Source: Xylographa opegraphella (taxonomy: Eukaryota). Taken from it: 64,000 nt of DNA. Shown one piece after another: positions 48,787-61,610 of the stretch (positions are counted from its first letter, which is position 1; every line of letters starts with the position of its first letter). The notes under the pieces are model-generated. The model did no database searches. It was not told the origin of the DNA and was given only the letters and a program-made list of their open reading frames with translations. The DNA is taken from NCBI GenBank assembly GCA_022813865.1, contig JALDZX010000012.1, forward strand, positions 248,001 to 312,000, given 5' to 3'. The position numbers and the translations under genes were made by a program.

Positions 48787-50609
48787 ATGTGCGGCATTTT
48801 GGCCCTCATTCACGCCAATGGCACTGAGACGTCAGCTGCGAGCGAGCTTCACGAAGCACTCTATCTTCTTCAGCATCGGGGCCAAGATGCTTGTGGCATT
48901 GCGACTTGTGCTTCCGGAGGGAAAATATATCAGTGCAAAGGCAATGGCATGGCAGCCAAGGTCTTCCGAGATGATGGAGCGAGGGTTTCGGACCTTCCTG
49001 GATACATGGGCATTGGTCACCTTCGATACCCTACGGCTGGCAGTAGCGCAAACGCTGAAGCGCAGCCCTTTTACGTTAATAGTCCTTATGGTATCTGTTT
49101 TGCGCATAATGGCAATCTAATTAATGCCACTGAATTGAAGCAGTTTCTAGATCTTGACGCACACAGACACATCAATACCGAGAGTGATAGTGAGCTAATG
49201 GTGAACATCTTTGCCAACGAGCTCAATGAAACTGGCAAGGCACGTGTCAATGACAAGGACATATTTGCGGCTCTTTCACGGATGTACACTCGATGCGTCG
49301 GAGGATGGGCATGTACTGCAATGCTAGCAGGTGAGAGATCTCAGAAGTAGATATGCCACGGTGCCCTAAACACATTACAGGCTTCGGTTTGATCGGATTC
49401 CGAGACTCGTATGGTATCAGACCCCTGGTTCTCGGATCCAGACCTTCGGAAAATGGGCCAGGAAACGATTGGATGATGGCTTCTGAATCCGTTGCACTTG
49501 ATCAGCGTGGTTTCACCAACGTTATTGACATATTACCTGGACAAGCTGTTATCATACGAAAAGGAGCGGCTCCAGTCTTCCGGCAAGTCCAAGAACCTGT
49601 CCGATATGCTCCAGATATCTTCGAGTACGTTTACTTTGCAAGACCAGACACTGTAATCGATGGGATCAGTGTGCAAGAAAGCCGAGAACGTATGGGATAT
49701 AAACTAGCGGACACGATCCAACGTCGCTTAGACCCTGCGGAATTAGCAGATATAGATGTGGTAATTCCAATTCCAGAGACTTCAAACACATCCGCAGCGT
49801 GTGTCGCCGAACGTCTCAAAAAGCCCTATTGCCAAGGATTTGTTAAGAATCGCTATGTCTTCAGAACCTTCATTATGCCGGGACAGAAGGCACGCGAGAA
49901 GTCCGTAAGGCGCAAGCTCAATCCTATGAAGATCAAGTTTCAGGGGAAGAACGTCCTTCTTGTGGATGATAGTATTGTCCGTGGCACTACCAGCCGAGAG
50001 ATAGTCAACATGGCGAGAGAGGCCGGTGCCAGGAAGGTCTACTTTGCGAGCTGTGCCCCTCGAATCACGCATGCTCATATTTATGGTATTGATCTGGCAT
50101 CGCCGTCTGAGCTGATTGCCCACCACCGAGATGAGGAATCAATCGCGACGCACATCGGGGCCATCAAGGTTATCTACCAGACCCTAGATGACCTCAAGGC
50201 AGCATGCGCCGAACTCTCACCACGAGCGAACCAAGAATTCGAGGTTGGAGTTTTCTGCGGCTCCTATATAACGCCGGTAGAGCCTGGTTACTTTGAGCAC
50301 CTGGAGAAGATTCGGGGAGAGACGAAGAAGTTGAAGGTCATGGAAAGTGCGCGAGAGGCCATCGCTAATGGATCCGCTGGCGACGAAGAGATCAGGATGG
50401 CTACGAACGGTGTGGAAGTCAACGAAGATGGTCAGGTTGTCGCTGCTCCGGGTAACAACTCGAGTGACGGAGAAACCCTGAACAGAAACGTGAGCAGGAA
50501 GAACGGGAAACGAGCTCGAGAGGGCGCGGAGGAATCGTCACCGCCGCGCGATCGGATGGACATCAGTCTGCATAATTTTGGCGACTATGCGCAGGACACC
50601 CATAGTTGA
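48787..50609 (+). CDS. ADE4: Amidophosphoribosyltransferase
   Basis: MCGI N-terminal nucleophile, [45 protein letters not shown]; intron 49331-49380. Confidence 0.97.
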
Positions 50610-51828
50610 TAGTCTCACACAACCGGCTATGCTCTGTCCACAGGATGGTAGTTTAGTGCAGAAGCAAGTTGGTGAAGCATAGCAAAGTTCCCCATCGCAC
50701 ACCAACACCCAAATAGAACGAGCTCGCAAGAACGCAATGCTCCTGCCTTTTGATAACTTGTTTCCCCATCAGACGCACCTGATCTAACGCATACTAATAG
50801 CCTTGGGTGGTGGTGTCAAATGTATTATTGTTGGTTGTCAGAATGACTGATGAAGTCGGCTGAGCATGCTAAGACCGGGGTTCCTGAAACCTTTAATGCC
50901 GTGGCACTCTGCACAGATTGTGGCGTTTGCTTGGCAGAGTCCCGCAGATCTGGTTCCTGCATCTCGCTAAATAGCGCCGACGTCATTGAGTGGCTTCCAA
51001 CCAATACTAATGATCGCGGTACCTGATCGTCGAGATCGTCAAGATCTTTCACTGTGTCGGACACGGGCCACGGTATAGGCGTCATCTGACTTGGTAGCTG
51101 GCGTGTGTATAGTACCTCCTTTTCAAAAATATCTCTGATTTATCCTGCAATACTTTCTAAAGCATTCAGTATTTGATCTGGTGGTCTCGCCAATTCATAT
51201 TGTTTGATTTACTCCGTTTGAATGAGCAAAACAGGCATCCTGCACGAGTACAGTTCTAACATATACCTTATATCTACATTTTAAACGAACTCTCCGAATA
51301 TTCGTCTAGAAACTTCAGCCCTTGCAATTTCGGTGAAGTGAACCTGTCTAGTTGGGACCGATACAGTAGCGTGTATCTGTGGATACCCCGCAACCGTGAA
51401 TATAATAGTCTCTGACAACATTACAAGACCATCGTCGTTCAGCTCAATCTTGTGTTCGTTTTGTCCTTTCCTCCAAGGCGTCTTTCTTGCTTCTGTTGGT
51501 CAACAAACTTATCATGTATGGGACAGGGGCTGAATAGACTGCTGGAAACTCCTTATATTGGTATCAGAGGTTGCATCGGATCAAAGCCTCTACAGAAATA
51601 AGCAAGATCACCTCAACTTCGTACGAATTTCAGCACCTCAGACCACATCGGAGTGCAGGACCTTAGGTAGATTTCAAGACGTCTTATCTTATACCAAGGC
51701 TTGCGGAGAAATCTTTCTCGTCTTTATCACAGCTAAGTGGACTCTCATTGACCTCCAGCAAATCGCGGTCCAGTAACACCTGGTGCCGTATCTTACGCCC
51801 TCAAGTTCTTCCGAGGACTGTGGCAGAG

Positions 51829-53706
51829 ATGGCGCCACGTATCACTCGTGGAGCCGCAGCTAAAGAGGCCGCTCTGCTTGCTACCGCAGAGCAGGAAAAG
51901 CCCGCGCAGCAAATAACCAGTCTGCTCAACACATCAACCTTAACCAAAGCGAACATAGGGTCCAAAAAATCCGCTGGCAGTACTAAGGCTAAACAACCGC
52001 CCGTGAGGGCTACTCCTGTTGATGTCAGTGGCAACAACAAGAAGTCTGATGCTGCTCCGACGAAATCTGAGCCGAAGACGGCAACTCCCAGAAACACTAG
52101 GATACCTAAATCCACTTCACAGAATAACGATATACCGGGCGATAATCCGTCAATCGTTGAAGCAGGAACCAATCGGAAACGCAAGCGAACAGCCAAGGTC
52201 AAGGGCGAGGTCGACCCTAACGAGCTTCCCCACGGACTTGGGAGAATCAAGGCGGCACCAGTTGTGAATTCCGAAGATTTCAAAGCAGATATTGATCCGC
52301 CCGGGAAAAAACTACGTATGGATGAAAGCTCACCAACGAAGGAAGCTGTCGAAGAGATCAAATCAACAACGAAAATCACTCCCGTAGCCAGTGCCCTAGC
52401 TGATGAAGAGTCTCCCACGAAGTCAGCTCGCCGATCCAAGAAGGCCAATCCATATGGTGTCACTCTTGGCCAGACCCCGTATCCTGATTGGGAATACCCA
52501 ACTCCAGAACAGTGTCAAAAGGTCAATGATGTTCTTTCCCAGAAGCATGGTGCAGTAGCTATGCCAGAGTCTATTCCTTTGCCATCTCTGACAGTCGCTG
52601 GTTGCGGAGAAGTCCCTTGCGTTTTAGAAGCTCTTTTACGAACTCTTCTCAGCGCTCACACGTCCAACGGGAATGCTGCAATGGCAGTACAAGGACTCAT
52701 CAAAAGATTCGGTGTTCTCGCATCCGGTATGAGCAAAGGCTGCATTGACTGGAATGCCGCCAGACTGGCTGGACGCGAGGAAATCATGGTGGCTATCAAG
52801 CGTGGTGGTTTAGCTCAAACTAAAAGCAAGTATATCGAGGGCATTCTGAAGATGGTTCACGACGAAAATGAATCGCGCCGCGCTGCTCTAGCCTCCAAGT
52901 CTGAGACTTCAACGGCGACAAAGGCCGAATCTAGCATCGATCCAAAAGTCGAAACTGTGGATCCAGACCATGCTGAAGCCGCTGCAATCGAAGTAGCTTC
53001 AGAAATCATGCTAGCTGACACCAGCGCCCTCACACTCGACTATGTGCACGCCATGTCAGCCAATGCCGCCTTTGCCAAGCTGATCACCTTCCCGGGCATT
53101 GGTGTCAAGACCGCATCCTGCACACTACTCTTCTGTATGCAGCGCCCCAGCTTTGCAGTCGACACTCATGTGTTCCGCTTGTGCAAGTGGCTTGGTTGGG
53201 TACCACCTACTGCGACAAGAGACACTACTTTCGCGCACTGTGATGTTCGGGTACCGGACAACCTCAAGTACAGTTTGCATCAACTGCTGATCAAGCACGG
53301 AAAAGAGTGCGGACGATGCAGAGCGATTACCGGGGAGGGCAGCGAGGCTTGGGAGGAAGGATGTGTGATTGATGAATTGGTAACTCGGACAGGAAAAAAG
53401 AAGGGTGGAGTAGAAGTTCCGAAGACATCCAGGGGAAAGAAGAAGGTTAAGCAAGAGGAGGATGGGATGGATGTCGAGGATGAAGTAGACGAGGATACAG
53501 AGGTGCAGACTCCCAAAGTCAAGCGGACGCCTAAAGCTACAACGACGAAGGGACCAGACGGTGTGACGGAAAAACAGAAAGGGTCCTCGAAAGCAGTGCG
53601 GAAGCCGATGCCCAGAAAGAAGGCCAAGAAAGTGGTAGAAAGCGAGGAAGAGAATGGAGTAGATGGAGAAGAGGCAGTAGATGGCGATGACTGTGCTGAA
53701 GATTGA
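51829..53706 (+). CDS. HhH-GPD family base-excision DNA glycosylase
   Basis: AGCGEVPCVLEALLRTLLS, IKRGGLAQTKSKYI, HhH FPGIGVKTASC, FAVDTHVFRL, KHGKECGRCRA; basic/acidic disordered termini. Confidence 0.9.
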   Translation: MAPRITRGAAAKEAALLATAEQEKPAQQITSLLNTSTLTKANIGSKKSAGSTKAKQPPVRATPVDVSGNNKKSDAAPTKSEPKTATPRNTRIPKSTSQNNDIPGDNPSIVEAGTNRKRKRTAKVKGEVDPNELPHGLGRIKAAPVVNSEDFKADIDPPGKKLRMDESSPTKEAVEEIKSTTKITPVASALADEESPTKSARRSKKANPYGVTLGQTPYPDWEYPTPEQCQKVNDVLSQKHGAVAMPESIPLPSLTVAGCGEVPCVLEALLRTLLSAHTSNGNAAMAVQGLIKRFGVLASGMSKGCIDWNAARLAGREEIMVAIKRGGLAQTKSKYIEGILKMVHDENESRRAALASKSETSTATKAESSIDPKVETVDPDHAEAAAIEVASEIMLADTSALTLDYVHAMSANAAFAKLITFPGIGVKTASCTLLFCMQRPSFAVDTHVFRLCKWLGWVPPTATRDTTFAHCDVRVPDNLKYSLHQLLIKHGKECGRCRAITGEGSEAWEEGCVIDELVTRTGKKKGGVEVPKTSRGKKKVKQEEDGMDVEDEVDEDTEVQTPKVKRTPKATTTKGPDGVTEKQKGSSKAVRKPMPRKKAKKVVESEEENGVDGEEAVDGDDCAED

Positions 53707-54601
53707 AGAGCTTTGTGTCTGTCCTTGGCTCCATTACCATTCTCGACCTCCGAGCATTCGACCACTCAGCAGTCATAAGAACGTTTTCCCACATCACCTC
53801 GGTATCCTCGCCCCAATTCGCTGAGAGACAGGGGCCTTACGAACCATCACGCAGCATTTCTACGTGCCGCTTCGGACAGAAGGACATTTGCCTGACGAGC
53901 CGGCTGTCAGGGACATCCCAACAATCGGCAAATAGGTGCTTAGCTTCTAAAACACATACGTTAGCAGTCTGGATCTCAACTCCGGCCTTCGGTAGCGCAG
54001 ACGCTTTCCATCTCGCAAAGAAATCCAAGTCTCCTGCAACGCGCAGTTCGCCTAGCCTGTTGATAATGATGATTTCCCATGTAGCTCCTCGCTATTCCCC
54101 CCCCACCCCTCAATCTCCTCTCCCAAAACCCCCTCCACCAACGCCTCATCCCCCAACGCCTCCCTTCCCACATCCCCCAGTCCACCCGCCCGGCTCCTCG
54201 CCCTTCCGCGCCACACGCCCCCGGATACATCGATCGCGCGCCCCCGACCGCACAAGTCATCCCCTCAGCAAGAACCCCCTCCAGCGGGCGGCGCTAAAAC
54301 AACCCTAGGGGATGGCACTAGCGGCCGGCGCTTGCGGAGCGCCGGACTGTCGGGTCAGCCAACGGGGTGGGGGGTCCTTCACCGCCTGGAGATCTTGCCC
54401 ACGTGGGCGTTCGGCGGGCGGGAGACAGGCAGGCAGGCAGACCCGAGAGGACGGGAGTTGCAGCGTTGCGGAGGGTGGGTGGATTATGTGCGCGCAGGGT
54501 CTGTGGGTGGGGATATGGGTGCGTGGGTTGGAGGGGATGGGTGATAGGAGGTGGAGGGAGGTGGGGGGTACAGTTTGCTGGGTCTTGGATACTGTGCTTT
54601 T

Positions 54602-54623
54602 GCTGGCTGGCTGGCTGGCTGGC
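54602..54623. repeat. (GCTG)n microsatellite
   Basis: GCTGGCTGGCTGGCTGGCTGGC; a short (GGCA)n tract also lies at about 54427-54440. Confidence 0.8.
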
Positions 54624-54782
54624 CATTGTTCCTTGGATGTCAGGCAGAGAAAGTTGGTCGCTGTGCGGTAGGGTGGATGGAGCATTGTTGAACAAGGTAG
54701 AGAGATATAGGCTTGTTGCGAAGGTGCGCCGGCGGTTGCCCAGCATCCATCTAGCCTCTACGATGGAAGGGGAAGTGTTTGC

Positions 54783-54831
54783 GCTCGTGGGTGCGCGCGG
54801 AGGCTCGTGGGTGCGCGCGGAGGCGCGTGGG
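54783..54831. repeat. 20-bp tandem repeat (2.4 copies)
   Basis: GCTCGTGGGTGCGCGCGGAG x2 followed by GCGCGTGGG. Confidence 0.85.
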
Positions 54832-55633
54832 GAGTTTCCGACCGTTTTTTTCCCTTTTACGTGCCGGGCTGGTTTTTGGGCAGTTGCTGGGACCGGGTTG
54901 CAGGGTTGCGGAGGATGTTATGAGATGCGCTGGGGTTTGGGCGCCGGTGTGGGTTTTGGGACGGCACGGAGTGTATGCGTGCTACGTTTACTGGACTGTC
55001 TGCCATCCAAAGAAGGGTCGTGCATTGCTGCGCTGGGTGGTATCGTGTACCTTGGGTAGGGAGTCGCGCCGCTGGCTTGAGTCCTGGAACCCGGCGTGTG
55101 GCTTGATCGGCCGATCCCGCTCGGACCAACGGTGTCGAAGTGTGGCGCTTTGAGAATCTGCGATCGCCGTTGAGATAAAGCGGTGGTCTGGCTTTCATCA
55201 TGCATATCACAGTCATGGGTCTTGCCTCGATCACGAAAATGGCATGAAGACGAACGACAACGCTAACTTAGCTACACTTTGGGCCAGGAAACGAACGTTC
55301 AAGCGCTAGGGTATAAGTGTCGGAACCAGTTCAACGAGTGCGGAAAGGATAAGATCAGACTCCGATACCATGCAATCCGTGGGCCAAGTGGAGAGCACAG
55401 GAAGTTATACATAGTAATGAAAGACAGAAGCCCAGAAACAGACAAAAACATAAAATTCCAGAAAAATCAAACCTCGGCATAGCACCCCAGTCAGCACTAA
55501 GCAAGCCACATACTCTAAGTCCGGTTTGGGGAAGTCCATGGAATATTCTAGCGTCAGACTTGCTGACCAACGAGGACCAACTAGGGTACCATCTGTCAAG
55601 ACTCAATACGGCATGACAGCAATGCTGACGCCC

Positions 55634-56208
55634 TCATTTGCCAGTGGTAGTAGGCGGTGAGTCCCAGTGTCGGAGCAACTGAGTTAGAGCGCGTGTCCAT
55701 TCTGCTACACAAGCAGCTGCCAGCTGTTCGACCCCTGCGGCGGTAGGCGTTCTCCCACCCCACATTTGCGGCTTGACTGCGAGTTGTCGGGCATGTTTGG
55801 GAATCAAATTCCTGAGCATTTGTCAGCAATTGCTAGATTCAGACAATTTCAAATTGTGATGTAAGTGGCGTCTGGCGTGCGGGCTGGTGATCGGAATCAG
55901 ACTCACTGGTTCTTTGCCTTCTGCAGGACCAGCCAGCAGTAGTTCCAGCTTCGCGTGCTTTGCGGGTCACCGATCACCATCCACTTAGCCTCGTCGAGGC
56001 ATTCCGAACTGAACGGATAGTTCTTTGTCAAACCGCGAAGCTCGCTGAGCAGATTATTCGAGTTGACGTAGTGTGCCCATGCACTTGTCATCGGTTCGGT
56101 AACATCGGGAGTGTTGAGGTTGGCAAACACCTTCTCAATGCGTCGAAGCTCTATCAGCGTATTCACGCGATGAGTTCGCAGGGACTGGATGAGAGAGGCT
56201 TTTTCGGC
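55634..56208 (-). CDS. Hypothetical fungal protein; first exon unresolved
   Basis: RKASLIQSLRTHRVNTLIELRRIE...RSWNYCWLVLQKAKNQ splices (GTGAGT...CTGAC...CAG) in frame to NLIPKHARQLAVKPQMWGGRTP...LLRHWDSPPTTTGK. Confidence 0.75.
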
Positions 56209-59200
56209 CTGAATGAAAAAGACATTAGTAAGCTTATGTAATACTTAAAATAGATTCGAGGTGGCCAGCATTAGGAGCCATAGAAGTATCAAATTCGTTG
56301 AAGCTGTCCGGTTCCGCACCTTGATTTGTCTCTGAAAATCGGATGACGCAAGAGAAGGCAATATGATTCGCCTCTTCTCCGAAGGATAGGGAAGATTTTG
56401 GAAATGGACAAGCAAAGCACCGCCAAGAAGATACACAAGAGGTCTGAGATCGTCCTAGAAGGTACTTACCTGACTGAGTTTCTTTCCGCTAATCATTGCT
56501 GTTGAGATGGTCGATGTGTGAGAGATCGCGTTTGGTCTGCGATTGAATGCCGCTTCCTGTGATGCTGCCGAGTGTGATGAGCACACTATAGATCCAGTGA
56601 CACTTGCTGCTCTCGAGGTCCCACTGGAAGAATGGGCACTGGATAATGATTTTGGAGAAGGCGAGTTCTGCGATCGAAGTACAGGTACTGGTGGTAGTTC
56701 GGATGATTGCTGCGGTAAAAGCGCGTAGGGGGAAATATATGACGACGGCGAACCAGATGGATCAAGTAGTTGTCTGTAGAGTTGCGGATTTTGTGGAGAA
56801 TAGGAGGAGCGTGAGAGATCTTTTGAAGAAGCTTGGAATAGAAAATCAGAATGTTTGCTAATTGACAGTATGCTAGAGAGTACTGACGGAACATATCAGC
56901 GGTGATGCAGCCCTCTCTTATAGTGGTCTGCGCAAGATCTAGAGAGCGGATCAAGAGTCCAGAAAAGGTAGCGTTGCCTAGCTCAGAGAGATGTCTCCGT
57001 TAATTGCCTACACGTTTTACTTGCAAGAACAAATGTCAAGCCACAATGATAGTGAATAATATTGAACGATCTGTAGGAACCCCCCGAGCTTGAAACTCGG
57101 ATTGATGACGATGCATGAATGAACGGAATACACAAGAAACGGAGACTCTGTTATAGAGTTCATGGGGTTTGTGGACGCCTCAACACACAACAAGGATACA
57201 ACATGCACGAGAGTAGATAGAAGACCCGAGAAGGTAAGGTTACAAATCAGGTATGTCAGATATTCCAGCTGCAACAAGCTGGACATTCCGCTCGGTGCAG
57301 GCCGCTCAGAAAGATGATATGAGGAAGCCATGAATGCTATTGGTAGACATTTAGGCGTTATATCCATATAGGACGGATATATCAGAAATATCCACGGTGG
57401 GTAAGGCTTCACCCGCCTGCAGCCACAGATCATCCCGGCACGTCGTCGGGATCTCAAGAGCTATGAATTACCATTGTCCTATCAGAGGCGTTGAAACCTC
57501 TCGAACCCCGAGTGGAGGGCTGAGTTATGGCATAGGATAACCCTGAATAAATTTCCACCGGACATGGGTCTGTAGCCAGATACAAGGACCCCAACAAACG
57601 AGGCTGGTTAGCGGTAACGTCAATCCCACAGAATGATTATCAGATTTGTAGAAAATGCTCAGATAAGATTTTAACCTACGATCCATCGAGCAATATGTCG
57701 TTCTAATTTGAGAGCGGCCCATTTGGGGTTCGTTCACTGCCCCAAAGGAGATTATGAGGGGCAGTCGGGGTTCGATCAGCGACGGTATTTGTAATGAACT
57801 TCCGACACGAGGGTGTTTCCTATCGGTGTTATTCTTGCAAATACACATGCACGAAGCTTCTCTCTGAAAGGTCAACGATGAGGAAGGGGCCAGAAGTTTG
57901 GAGGGAGCACCGATTCGTCCGCGGAGAGCTTGTATGAGGTTAGTGCGCCAAGACCAACAGAAGCGCTATTACTATATTTGGTCCGAGCCGCTAGCGCAGA
58001 CTAGCGTGAACGTGTTCGATGCTGATTTAGTGCTTACTCTTGGTCTGACTGACAACAACGCTTCCACCCTCGAACTTCTTAGGAATCTACAACTCATGTG
58101 GCGAAAAACCGCGAGATCTTAGAGACCGTCCACGCGGAACTAGGGAGGCACCGTGTAGCCCACCGGAGACACTGGGACTGCATACTTTGGACCGTGAACA
58201 ACGCCGACACCTTTGCTGGTGCCGGCACCACACTGGTTCGCCCTCCTAGGATTCCCGAAGAATGGGTCGAGTACAATACTGTCAAAGCTACCAGGAATCC
58301 TGCTTACTCTCGGACGAAGGAATGACAGACTTGTGCCGTGCGCATTCCCAAGGCTGGTCGACGTGACCAGCTTCTATCGGAGTACTACTGGGATCCGAAG
58401 GCAAGGATATGGAATTACTGATCAAGCTTGATGTCACATTCCCATATCTTCCGGCTCCCGCGGAGAATGAGGTCGGTGCACAAATATGGTAATATCGATC
58501 TTCGACGGGTAGTTGCATACAGCGAACCTGGAGATCGACTCGGCATGCGGAGCATTCTCCTGATGCTGCATGATACCTGACTTCATCCATCATGACCCGG
58601 TCGCTCTTCATTCAGGGCTCATCGCCAGGATTACCAGGTCAGTCAATGTTGGAATTTTGTAGAATACTGCTCTTCATGATGTGGCTCGTGTGACTAGTTG
58701 TGGTAACGCGCCGTCGCGGCAGCTCCAGCCTCGTTGATCACCTAAAGTGTGAACGGTTCAGCCTCATTGACAGCTCTCGTCAGCTCAAATCGTTTCGTTG
58801 GAGTTAATCCAGGCTCTCACGAGTTTCTGACTCGGATCCAGGCGCTTTGTTTTCCCAATTTTAACTCAGCCGTCAATGCAATGCGCTCATTGGATTATAA
58901 TATCCCGGTACAACCCAAATGTAGTTATCAGTCGTCTGTATGCATGTCCATCAGACAAAGAGTCGGAGTCAACCAGGTCCCAAGCAATAGCCTACCTTGG
59001 GCGCATACTTCGGTACCAGAAGCATCGGAGCTCATCAAAAACACATGCCAAATCGCAGTCCGTACATATACAGCACGCCTCTCGATTTGCCTTGCGATAG
59101 AGGTATTTTAGATATTCCGTGCCGGTGAGGTCAGTGCCCCGCCTGAACAGGCTGAACATGGATAGCGGCTGAGCCTCGGCACAAAATAATGACGACCGGC

Positions 59201-59397
59201 GGCTATCCTAGTCCTAGTTTTGCTAAGTATGTGCGTACGTCCGTATTCCGTAAGGTGGCACCTTACCTTTACCACCTTACCCTGGATCCCTGGATCGAAA
59301 ACCAAAATTCTGCAGCCCTATGTCACGTTCGGCTTTTTTTTACCCCACATTGGCTCATTGGGAGATTTAGGTACCGGCGACATTATCTATTCTTTCG

Positions 59398-59404
59398 TGA
59401 CTCA
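59398..59404. promoter_or_regulatory. Gcn4/CpcA element TGACTCA upstream of LEU4
   Basis: Exact TGACTCA about 125 bp before the ATG of an amino-acid biosynthetic gene. Confidence 0.55.
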
Positions 59405-59526
59405 ACTCCGCCGTATTATCTGCACATCTTCTCTCAAGCTACCTTATAATTTAACACCTCGGCATATTTGAAGAAAGAGGGGCTTCCCTAGACCTTTCTT
59501 GCATAAGCATCCATACATCGGGCAAT

Positions 59527-61610
59527 ATGCCCATGTGGGTAACACTTTCCTGCAACAATGAATAGGTCATGCTAATGACGCCTTTCCTGTCACTAGGCTT
59601 CAAGATCCGTCCCGAAAGTACCGGAAATTCACCCCTCTCAAGTTGGAAAACCGAAAATGGCCATCAAGAACGATAGAGAAACCACCGCGTTGGCTGGCGA
59701 CAGACTTGCGCGATGGGAATCAGTCTTTAGTCGATCCAATGGTAAAGCAATCAAGCTCTAGGCGAGCAGGAACCTGGAGCTGATCTTCTTACACCTTCCT
59801 TGTTGCTGACGATGAACTCCTCAGGACGGCGATCAAAAATTCTCCTACTTCAATATGCTTGTTGAACTTGGCTACAAGGAGATCGAAGTCTCTTTTCCTT
59901 CCGCTTCTCAAACAGACTTCGACTTCACAAGGCGTTTGGTGGAGACTCCTGGGGTAGTGCCTGACGACGTCTGGTTACAGGTCCTGTCACCCTGCAGGGA
60001 AGATCTGATAAAACGAACTGTGGAATCCCTCAAAGGCGCAAAGAAGGCTCTTTTACACCTTTACTTAGCTACAAGCGAGTGCTTTCAGCGTATAGTATTC
60101 GGCTTTACTCCCGAGGAAAGTATTGAGCTTGCGGTCAAGTGTACGAAACTCGCGAGGTCGTTGACGAAGGACGATTCATCACAAGCCGGGACAGAATGGG
60201 CTTATGAATTTTCACCTGAAAACTTTTCGGACTCTTCACCGGAGTTTGTTACCAGGATGTGTGAGGCTGTAAAAGCTGCGTGGGAGCCCTCAATCTCGAA
60301 CCCTATTATTTTTAACCTTCCGGCGACTGTGGAAGTATCTACCCCTAATGTGTACGCCGACCAAGTCGAATATTTCTGCACGCACATGACCGAAAGAGAG
60401 AAAATTTGTGTTTCACTTCACCCTCATAACGATCGAGGATGCGCTGTGGCTGCTGCCGAACTCGCTCAGATGGGTGGTGCAGACAGAGTCGAGGGTACTC
60501 TATTCGGTAATGGAGAAAGAACGGGCAACGTCGATCTCGTGACATTAGCATTGAATCTATACACACAGGGCATTCATCCGAAAATCGACTTTTCTAACAT
60601 TAAATCGGTAATTGACATGGTGGAGAAGAGTACGAAAATTCCCGTTCACGAGCGTGCGCCCTACGGCGGTAATCTTGTCGTGTGTGCCTTTTCTGGATCG
60701 CATCAAGATGCAATCAAAAAAGGTTTCAATGCAAGGAAGGCTGAAGCTGCGACGGATGACGATCCATGGCAAATGCCTTACCTACCCCTTGATCCCCATG
60801 ACATCGGTCGAAACTATGAAGCTATCATCCGAGTGAACAGTCAAAGTGGCAAAGGCGGCGTGGCCTGGGTCATTCAGCAGAGTCTCGAGCTCGATTTGCC
60901 TCGTGGATTGCAGATTGCTTTCTCTAAGATCGTGCAAAAACAAGCGGACAAGCTACACAGAGAGCTTCTGCCACGAGAAATTCAGAGGCTGTTTGAGGAT
61001 GCTTACCATCTCAAGTCAAATCCTCGGTTTATCCTCGTCGACTACAACATCATAGCAGATCGTTCACAAAGTCCCGCTCCTACCGAGAAAGGCAAAGCAC
61101 AGAACACGAAGAACTTAAAGAGGAAGTTCGATGGCATAATCTCGATTGATGGTATCGAGCACAGTATCAAAGGTGTGGGTAACGGTGCCCTGTCCTCTCT
61201 AGCAAACGCCCTACATACGGTCGATATCGACATCGATGTCGCAGATTACAAAGAACACTCCATTGGTGTCGGAAGGAATGTCAAGGCAGCAACCTATATT
61301 GAATGTTCCGCTGCAGGCGTGCGCGAGAAATTTTGGGGTGTAGGTATCCATGAGGATGTAGTACAAGCCAGTTTGATTGCTTTGCTATCAGCTGCGTCGT
61401 CGGTAAGTCCTTCCTTATTGTAATTTCTTCTATGCCAAGTAGGCTGTGGCTAAACTTTCCACCCAGTTCGTGCCAAGTCGCCCAAACACACCTATACCCT
61501 ATCGACTTAAAGAAAACGTCCTCAGACCTGAGACGCCGGAGGCAAACGGCGTACCTCAGAGCTACTCGAGCGCAGTCCCCTCCGTTGAACCTCGTGCGAA
61601 TGGAATTTGA
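59527..61610 (+). CDS. LEU4: 2-isopropylmalate synthase
   Basis: [11 protein letters not shown]...[67 protein letters not shown]; three introns; stop 61608-61610. Confidence 0.97.

Noticed and set aside
50825..51520. Protein-like minus-strand fragments between ADE4 and the glycosylase
   Set aside because: I could not build a coherent gene model or identify a domain.
36980..53706. XPF, RID methyltransferase and HhH-GPD glycosylase within about 17 kb as a RIP/repair cluster
   Set aside because: They are interleaved with unrelated housekeeping genes (eIF1A, CHS5, ADE4); chance proximity is sufficient without synteny data.
53703..55234. ORFs of 120-230 aa
   Set aside because: Low-complexity Pro/Gly/Trp/Arg translations of skewed sequence with no recognisable motifs.
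57898..58325. Two adjacent short plus-strand ORFs as a frameshifted gene
   Set aside because: No recognisable domain or clear splice model.
59100..59500. Leu3/LeuB CCGN4CGG site upstream of LEU4
   Set aside because: Only CCGN3CGG (about 59117) was seen; the spacing does not match.
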